Origin: an uncultured Acidimicrobiales bacterium
Lineage (GTDB): Bacteria; Actinomycetota; Acidimicrobiia; Acidimicrobiales; SHLQ01
DNA length: 64,000 nucleotides
Reading direction: 5' to 3'
Assembly (NCBI GenBank): GCA_937922235.1
Contig: CAKZVC010000073.1
Location: 6,355 to 70,354, forward strand
Of this stretch, positions 58,638 through 64,000 are shown piece after piece. Under the pieces are notes generated by a model. That model was given only the letters and a program-made list of their open reading frames with translations. It had not been told where the DNA came from and made no database searches. The stretch's first letter is position 1; each line of letters starts with the position of its first letter. A program made the position numbers and the translations under genes.

Positions 58638-60059
58638 GATCCAGGTTGTTCCGCCCGACTCGGTGGTCTGCACCATGACGATCTCGTTGTTGCCTGCAGC
58701 AACAAGGGCCAACCGATCCGGCGCCGCAACATCGAGAGCGGCACTCGAGAACGTTTCTTCATCGGCAACCGCAACGACCGCACCAGAGGCATCACCGCCG
58801 AGGAAGCCCATCGTCGAGTTACTCACCGTGACGCCACGGCTCGTCGAAGCGGGAAGTGCGCTCCACGTTGCACCGGCATCGTTGGAGATCAGCGTCGATG
58901 AGTCGTCGAGGCTGCGCATCATGACCGTGCCATCGTTGGCCGACAGCACCGGACCTGCGCCTTCGCCCAATCCAATCGTCACCCATGCCGTGGCATCGGA
59001 CGACGTAAACAGGGCCGAACCGGTGGACGAACGACCGGCGACAACGAACTGGCCATCAACGGTGGTGACGCCGCTCAACGCACGAGCGTCGAGCCGGCCG
59101 GTGCGGGTGTAAGGCCCACCGAGGGGGCCAGCCCACACGTCGGGCGACTGATTGTCACCAATGACGATCACGCCACCAGAACCCACAGCCATGTCAGTTG
59201 CGAACACTTCGCCACCGGGAAGCGGTGCCGACACATCCCACGTGACCGTGTCAGCCGAGGTGCCGATGAGGAACTGCTTCACACCAGCGTTTGCGTCAAA
59301 CCGCTCGAACAGCGCAACGTAGGTACCGTTGTATTCGCGCAGCACTGAGGCGGACGCTCCGTTGGGAACTCCGACGAGGTCGGCGCTCGTCCAATCGAGG
59401 CCGTTCGGTGAGCTCAGCGACAGTGGCGTGGTCGAGTCGCCGAAGGCAACCGCCAAACCGACGTAGCCGCCGGCACCATCATTCTCGACGAGCACACCAG
59501 ACGCACTCGCCAGCTCAACAGCCGACTCGCGCTTCTGTACGTTCAATTCGCCTTCGGCCTGCAACTGTGCAGCACCTTGTGCCAGTGGGCTTTCGACCGC
59601 GGCTGGCGCCTCGACCGCTTCTGCGGACTGGGTCGAAGGGTCATCAGCTTCCTCGAGGGTCTGAAGGGTCTCAACGTCCTCAGCAGGTGCGGTTCCCACC
59701 TTCTCCTCGACAGCAGCATCGACGTCCACATCCGCAACGTCTGCAGACACTGCAGCGTCAGCCGAAGCTGGGGAAACACCAACGTCAGCGAGAGCCTCTT
59801 CGGCTGCGGCAGCATCGACAGCAACGGGGGCGTCAGCAGCAACGTCGACGATCGACGGGTCGTTGTTGACCGTCGACAGCAACGCACCAAAGATCACGGC
59901 GCCACCGAGCACTACGGTGCCACCAGCACCAAGGCGTCGGTTGCGTTGACGTCGACCATCGGCGACGGAGGCGAGCTCATCAATGCCGGGGGCGACGCCC
60001 ACCTTGGTGGAACGGCCCGAGCGGTCGAGCTCGGCGCGGAGGCGGTCTTCGAGGTTCAT
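58623..60059 (-). CDS. Anti-sigma-like single-pass membrane protein with extracytoplasmic BNR/Asp-box beta-propeller-like domain
   Basis: ATG 60059 (TAATG overlap with the sigma gene stop) gives MNLEDRLRAELDRS.... TM helix GGTVVLGGAVIFGALL, acidic Ala/Val-rich linker, and Asp-box-like SNDAGATWS, SSDATAWV, SPNGLDWT, TESGGTTW. Confidence 0.7.
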   Translation of the reverse strand: MNLEDRLRAELDRSGRSTKVGVAPGIDELASVADGRRQRNRRLGAGGTVVLGGAVIFGALLSTVNNDPSIVDVAADAPVAVDAAAAEEALADVGVSPASADAAVSADVADVDVDAAVEEKVGTAPAEDVETLQTLEEADDPSTQSAEAVEAPAAVESPLAQGAAQLQAEGELNVQKRESAVELASASGVLVENDGAGGYVGLAVAFGDSTTPLSLSSPNGLDWTSADLVGVPNGASASVLREYNGTYVALFERFDANAGVKQFLIGTSADTVTWDVSAPLPGGEVFATDMAVGSGGVIVIGDNQSPDVWAGPLGGPYTRTGRLDARALSGVTTVDGQFVVAGRSSTGSALFTSSDATAWVTIGLGEGAGPVLSANDGTVMMRSLDDSSTLISNDAGATWSALPASTSRGVTVSNSTMGFLGGDASGAVVAVADEETFSSAALDVAAPDRLALVAAGNNEIVMVQTTESGGTTWIVAQR

Positions 60060-60610
60060 TATCGTTCTCCGAGAAGTCGGTTGAGTTCGTTCAGGGCCCG
60101 GTTGGTTCGGCTCTTGACCGTGCCGGGCGAGATGTCGAGGGCATCGGCGATCGCGTTGATCGTCCAATCGAGGTAGTAGCGAAGGACCAGCACGTTGCGC
60201 TGGTCGGCAGGAAGCGATCGAAGCGCTTCGGCGAGTTGTGGGTCGGGGGTAACTGGGTCGACAGTTTCGGACCGTGCGATCTTCGGCGCAAAACGACGAT
60301 CTCGGCTGCGACGGCGAAAACGGCTCGTCGCCCAGTTGCGAGCCGTTCGATAGATCCACGCAGCGGGTTCTTCGAACGAGCCAACAGCGTTCCAGCGATG
60401 CAACGCCCGAGTGAAGGCTTCGTCGACCGCTTCGGTGGCGAGGGCATCGTCGCCGAGCGAGATCGACAGTGCTCGAATGAGCCGATCGCGGTCGTTTCGG
60501 TAGACCGTCTCAAAGTCAGCGTGGGTCACCGAGGTCGCCAGACGTCGCGCCACGAGCGGTTCTCGAGGAACCGGCCGGCGTGCAGCCACCGAGGTTGAAA
60601 TTGTCTCCAC
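60059..60610 (-). CDS. ECF-type RNA polymerase sigma factor (copy 1)
   Basis: 183 aa. Region 2 DEAFTRALHRW...AWIYRTARNWATSRFRRR and region 4 LPADQRNVLVLRYYLDWTINAIADALDISPGTVKSRTNRAL. Confidence 0.88.
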   Translation of the reverse strand: METISTSVAARRPVPREPLVARRLATSVTHADFETVYRNDRDRLIRALSISLGDDALATEAVDEAFTRALHRWNAVGSFEEPAAWIYRTARNWATSRFRRRSRDRRFAPKIARSETVDPVTPDPQLAEALRSLPADQRNVLVLRYYLDWTINAIADALDISPGTVKSRTNRALNELNRLLGER

Positions 60611-60618
60611 GCCTGCTC

Positions 60619-60645
60619 TACGCCCATCTCATAGGAAAGGTTCCC
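60619..60645 (-). promoter_or_regulatory. ECF-type promoter GGGAAC-N17-CGTA, 8 nt upstream of the GTG start (leaderless-like)
   Basis: On the minus strand the sequence reads GGGAAC (60645-60640), a 17-nt spacer, CGTA (60622-60619), 8 nt, then GTG (60610). The same geometry precedes the second ECF gene. Confidence 0.5.
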
Positions 60646-60678
60646 AGAAATTTCCCCAACCACCCATTCGCGCACACC

Positions 60679-60914
60679 GGGGTCGAGCCTCAACAACTAA
60701 CAAGTTGACCCAGGGGTCAGGCCTCAACAACTAACAAGTTGGCGAAAATCGTTGAAACATCAACACTTCGCTTCAGCAGACATCACGGAAATTTCGCCCA
60801 AAGTCGCCATTCGTGATCGCGTCAAACCCTGAAAATTCAACGACTAGTGAGGTACCTGTTAGTTGTTGAGGCCTGACCCCAACCGGTACTTGTTAGTTGT
60901 TGAGGCCTGACCCC
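60679..60914. repeat. Symmetric element: 2 direct + 2 inverted copies of a 27-29-bp unit around a 112-bp AT-richer core
   Basis: GGGGTC(GA/AG)GCCTCAACAACTAACAAGTTG at 60679-60707 and 60713-60741. Reverse complements at 60854-60880 and 60888-60914. Spacing is 34 bp within each pair. Confidence 0.85.
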
Positions 60915-60934
60915 AACGGCTGACCGGCGGCGTG

Positions 60935-62272
60935 CTACTTGAGGGGGACGGAGATGTAGCTGGGACCGGAAGCGGCACTCTCGCCGTTATTGTCGCCGTC
61001 GGCAACTCCGGATGAGCTGGCCAGTGTTGGGTCGTCCGATGGCGTGCCGAAGAACTCGAACACGGCTTCCTCATCGCTCGTTGCAACGAGCATCGAGTTC
61101 TCGATTTGCTCAGTTGTCATGTGTGCCGTGAGGTCGAGTTCGATGAAGTCTCCGCCAGTCGAGACGATCACCGACCGCTTCGACCTGTCGCCGTCAGGTC
61201 CATCAAGGACGACGACCGCGGTGTCGCCTGTGGTCTTGGCGTTGAAGGACCACCAGCCGGCGTTGGCCACCGCTTCGGGCAATGTGATCGACTCCCACGA
61301 TTCTCCGTCTTTGCTCGCCCTCGCCTCGAGCGGCGGCACGGCATCTCGGACGCCACCTGGCGAACCGAACCAGATGATCTTGTCGTCTGCGGAAGTGAGC
61401 CCAACGGTGAGGGAGCTACTTGGGGTCGACTCAAACCATGTTTGGCCAGAATCGTTCGACATCGCGACTGCAGAAGAGTCGTCGAGCGGCGCTATAGCGA
61501 CATTCTCGTCGGCGCTTGCAACTCCGAGAATCCCGCCGGTCAAGCTCGCCACTTCGACTCGTTCATATGGCCCCTCGAGCGGCCCGCGGAACACGACGTC
61601 AAGGGGCGCCTGAAAGCTGCTGTCCTCTTCGTCGCTTGAGATCGCCGGGAGAATGGTGGCTCCAATAACCACGTCATCATCTGAGAGGGCGAGCCCGTTC
61701 ACGAAGACATCGTTGGTGCCTTCTTCGAGGTACACGATGGTCCACGACGTGAGGTCACGTGACGTTGCGATGCCGAACTGCAATGACTGAACGACCGCAA
61801 CGTAGACGCCATCGTCCGCAATGAGTTGCGAGACGTTGAGATCGTTCGGGAGGTCGGTTGCTCGCTCGTCCCACACCAGGCCATCGTCGGACGTGATCGC
61901 CGTCAACACACCGTTGGTGTTGCGCAGACCGACGAAGTCGTTGTCGATGCCAGCGATGACATCGAATGGCGGTGGGACGAAGCCCTCCGGAGCGGGGCCA
62001 ATTTCGCCGGGATCTGCCGCCTCGGCAGCCATGAGCTCGGAACCTGGAAGCTCGTCAGTTGCGAGCTGTTGCGAATCGCCAAAGCGGCTCAACGAGCTCG
62101 CGCCAAACACGAGCGATAGCACAGCAATACCAGCGACAGCGCCGACGGCGATTTGGTTGCGTCGGGTCCTGCGAGCGCCTGCGACGGTGATGTCATCGGC
62201 CGAGGTGGCCGGTTCGACGAACTGGTCTTCGCCGGAGTGCATGTGTGATCGGAGGCGATCTTCGAGGTTCAT
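60935..62272 (-). CDS. Anti-sigma-like single-pass membrane protein with BNR/Asp-box propeller-like domain (copy 2)
   Basis: 445 aa. MNLEDRLRSHMHSG..., TM helix VGAVAGIAVLSLVFGA, Asp-box-like SNDSGQTWF, TSDDGLVWD, SKDGESWES. 4-nt overlap with the upstream sigma gene. Confidence 0.7.
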   Translation of the reverse strand: MNLEDRLRSHMHSGEDQFVEPATSADDITVAGARRTRRNQIAVGAVAGIAVLSLVFGASSLSRFGDSQQLATDELPGSELMAAEAADPGEIGPAPEGFVPPPFDVIAGIDNDFVGLRNTNGVLTAITSDDGLVWDERATDLPNDLNVSQLIADDGVYVAVVQSLQFGIATSRDLTSWTIVYLEEGTNDVFVNGLALSDDDVVIGATILPAISSDEEDSSFQAPLDVVFRGPLEGPYERVEVASLTGGILGVASADENVAIAPLDDSSAVAMSNDSGQTWFESTPSSSLTVGLTSADDKIIWFGSPGGVRDAVPPLEARASKDGESWESITLPEAVANAGWWSFNAKTTGDTAVVVLDGPDGDRSKRSVIVSTGGDFIELDLTAHMTTEQIENSMLVATSDEEAVFEFFGTPSDDPTLASSSGVADGDNNGESAASGPSYISVPLK

Positions 62273-62835
62273 AAGGGGGTTCCGTTCGGGGAGGGTTCGC
62301 CAAGTTCGCGGGCCATGGCGTCAAGGGCTCGACTGGTGCGGCTCTTCACCGTTCCCGGAGAGATCTCGAGGGCGTCAGCGGTGGCCTGCACATCCCAGTC
62401 GTAGAAGTAACGGAGGACGAGCACCGAGCGATGTTCGTCGCTCAAGGTAGCGAGTGCTTCCTCGATCGTCGGATCAAACTCGGGGTCGACGCTCGCGTCA
62501 GGGCGAGCAATACGTGGGGCGTAGTCACGATCGCGTTTGCGTCGACGGAATCGGCTGGTCGCCCAGTTGTAGGCAACTCGATACACCCAGGCTTCGGGCT
62601 TGCTGTACTGCCCCACCTTCGCCCATCGCTGGACCGCTCGGGTCATGGCCTCGTCGACCGCCTCGGCCGCCAGCGAGCTATCGCCGATGGTCATCGAAAG
62701 CGCACGGACAAGGTTGTTCCGGTTCGCCGAGAAGAACGCCGCGAACGTCTGACCGCCGTTGGAGGCAGAGCCCGAGAATTCAGTTGCGTTGGCGGCGGAG
62801 CCACTATCGGCCATAGCCACAGTTGTAATGCGCAC
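62269..62835 (-). CDS. ECF-type RNA polymerase sigma factor (copy 2)
   Basis: DEAMTRAVQRW...AWVYRVAYNWATSRFRRR and LSDEHRSVLVLRYFYDWDVQATADALEISPGTVKSRTSRAL. The GTG 62835 start was chosen from the promoter geometry (ATG 62814 is an alternative). The long track ORF to 63438 overlaps the DUF1501 gene and is rejected. Confidence 0.85.
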   Translation of the reverse strand: MRITTVAMADSGSAANATEFSGSASNGGQTFAAFFSANRNNLVRALSMTIGDSSLAAEAVDEAMTRAVQRWAKVGQYSKPEAWVYRVAYNWATSRFRRRKRDRDYAPRIARPDASVDPEFDPTIEEALATLSDEHRSVLVLRYFYDWDVQATADALEISPGTVKSRTSRALDAMARELGEPSPNGTPL

Positions 62836-62843
62836 GATGACTA

Positions 62844-62869
62844 CACGCTGTGAACCCTGGGTCGGTTCC
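62844..62869 (-). promoter_or_regulatory. ECF-type promoter GGAAC-N17-CGTG, 8 nt upstream of GTG 62835
   Basis: On the minus strand the sequence reads GGAAC (62869-62865), a 17-nt spacer, CGTG (62847-62844), 8 nt, then GTG (62835). Confidence 0.5.
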
Positions 62870-62945
62870 ATGCAACGCGACGTTTTTCTGAGCGTCAACC
62901 ACGCCTGGCGTGCATCATGCTCAGAAAAAACGGAGGGAGAGTCCC

Positions 62946-62974
62946 GCGCTGTTCGGTCGACGGGTGAACAGCGC
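62946..62974 (-). terminator. Hairpin after the DUF1501 gene (candidate terminator)
   Basis: GCGCTGTTC-N11-GAACAGCGC lies 14 nt downstream of the stop at 62988. On the minus strand it is followed by a T-run (CCGTTTTTTCTGAGC) that belongs to a second long inverted repeat at 62881-62932. Confidence 0.45.
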
Positions 62975-62987
62975 AGGACACTCCGAT

Positions 62988-64000
62988 CTAGGCCGCCATG
63001 AACCCGAGGTCTCGGGTGTCGAACTGGCGGAGGTCGGGGAAGATGCCATCGAGCTGGGAGTCTTCGACGCCGGCCCAACGGGCAAGGGTCGCTCCGTACT
63101 GCCCGACCGAAATCTGTGGCACGAGACGCCCGCCGAACTGGCGGCCGGTGCCGACGTCGTCGGGGTTGTTCCGGGCCGAGAAGTTCGGGATGTCCCCGTA
63201 GTGCTGGCCGCCGTTGACTGACCCACCCATCACGAAGGCATGGTTGCCCCAGCCATGGTCGGTGCCGTCGCCGTTGCTCGTGAGGGTTCGCCCGAAGTCG
63301 CTGGTCGTGAACGTGGTGACCGAATCGGCCACGTCCAAGCCGCTCGGGCCAATGGCCTGGTCGAACGCTTCGACGGCGTCGTTGAGATCGCGTAGGAGAA
63401 CCGGCAAGCGCGTGTTCTGATCGCCGTGGGTGTCCCAACCGGCAACGGTCACGAAGAACACCTGGCGACTCATGCCCAGACGCTCGCGGTTGTTGATGAG
63501 CTGCGCCACCAGCCGAAGCTGCGCTCGGAGTGGATTGCCCGACACGTTGCCCATGTCGAGCTCGCTCGACGTGACGTCTTCAAGCTCAGCATTGGTGACG
63601 ATGGCGCGGCGGGTCGTTCGAGTGACCAGCTGTTCGAGCTCGTTGCTGCTCATGTCGGATGCGTCGAGGATCGAGTCGAGCGCGTTGGCGATCCGCTCTC
63701 GCTGGGCGGCCGGATGCCACGTCGCCTGCGTCTGGTCGTAGCCACCCATCCGACGCAGCGTCTGGTTCGGGGTCAACCGCAGGTACCCGCCCGATGCCGT
63801 ACTGAGGAAGACCGAAGAGCCAAGCGCACTGATCGCGGCATTCACGACGCCGTTCGGGTCGCAGCCGCCAACGATGTCAGCGATCTGGCCGCCCCATCCC
63901 TCGGCCGAACCGCCAACGGTCGAGGTGGCGGTCGCCCACAGTCGGGCCTGAGCATCGTGAGCGAAGAGGCTCTGAGGCAATCGGCGACCGGCCTGAACAT
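62988..64000 (-). CDS. DUF1501-family (sulfatase/phosphatase-fold) protein, 5' end beyond window
   Basis: VTVAGWDTHGDQ and GRTLTSNGDGTDHGWGNHAFVMGG motifs. The frame is still open at 64000 upstream of the TTG listed in the track. Confidence 0.8.
   Translation of the reverse strand, partial: VQAGRRLPQSLFAHDAQARLWATATSTVGGSAEGWGGQIADIVGGCDPNGVVNAAISALGSSVFLSTASGGYLRLTPNQTLRRMGGYDQTQATWHPAAQRERIANALDSILDASDMSSNELEQLVTRTTRRAIVTNAELEDVTSSELDMGNVSGNPLRAQLRLVAQLINNRERLGMSRQVFFVTVAGWDTHGDQNTRLPVLLRDLNDAVEAFDQAIGPSGLDVADSVTTFTTSDFGRTLTSNGDGTDHGWGNHAFVMGGSVNGGQHYGDIPNFSARNNPDDVGTGRQFGGRLVPQISVGQYGATLARWAGVEDSQLDGIFPDLRQFDTRDLGFMAA

Noticed and set aside
60060-60359. N-terminal extension of the anti-sigma-like ORF (track ORF 58623..60359).
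   Set aside because: It overlaps the ECF sigma gene out of frame. The paralog at 60935..62272 starts with the same MNLEDRLR sequence found at ATG 60059, which also gives a TAATG coupling to the sigma stop.
60679-60914. Possible CRISPR array.
   Set aside because: There are only four repeat copies, arranged as two direct plus two inverted, with 5-7-nt gaps inside each pair. There is no regular spacer pattern and no cas genes in the window.
62836-63438. Long N-terminal extension of the second ECF sigma ORF (track ORF 62269..63438).
   Set aside because: The extension is Arg/Pro-rich and overlaps the well-supported DUF1501 gene in another frame. It also runs through two hairpins and the GGAAC-N17-CGTG promoter. 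The sigma-70 region 2 homology begins only after 62835.

Overview
This is a GC-rich, gene-dense bacterial chromosomal window. The coding style (GTG starts, many 1-4 nt start/stop overlaps, apparent leaderless starts) and the gene content suggest an actinobacterium, but that taxon call is inference. All functional calls come from motif recognition by eye, since no database search was possible. Housekeeping genes (mdh, folD, monomeric icd, purH-purN, sucC-sucD, pcrA, a DEAD-box helicase, thioredoxin) are interleaved with accessory blocks.

1. **Efflux operon with secreted paralogs (1-7721).** A MacB-type ABC/FtsX/adaptor efflux operon follows two tandem secreted paralogs. Their shared N-terminal domain carries two LAGLIDADG-like motifs. 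One paralog ends in RTX Ca-binding repeats and the other in three Cys-bracketed Ig/Fn3-like modules.
2. **Split cell-envelope glycan locus (about 19.5-29.9 kb and 35.4-51.2 kb).** It holds several GT2/GT4/GT39 glycosyltransferases, a dual-GT2 polymerase-like protein, two sulfotransferase-like proteins, a CMP-sugar synthetase, and two paralogous DegT/WecE aminotransferases. It also contains an ArnC/GtrA/ArnT-like lipid-carrier module, and three adjacent enzymes that share an unusual architecture of a 2-TM hairpin, a coiled-coil stalk and a catalytic domain.
3. **IS110-family element (31604-33014).** This 1411-bp element is inserted exactly into one of three REP-like hairpin motifs. Its 197-nt 3' non-coding arm carries four short matches to its own ends and to its target, arranged like a bridge/seek RNA.
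4. **Tandem ECF modules (58623-62835).** Two ECF sigma / membrane BNR-propeller modules each have a GGAAC-N17-CGTN-N8-GTG promoter/start geometry. They are separated by a symmetric element built from four copies of a 27-29-bp repeat.

No rRNA, tRNA or CRISPR array was recognised.
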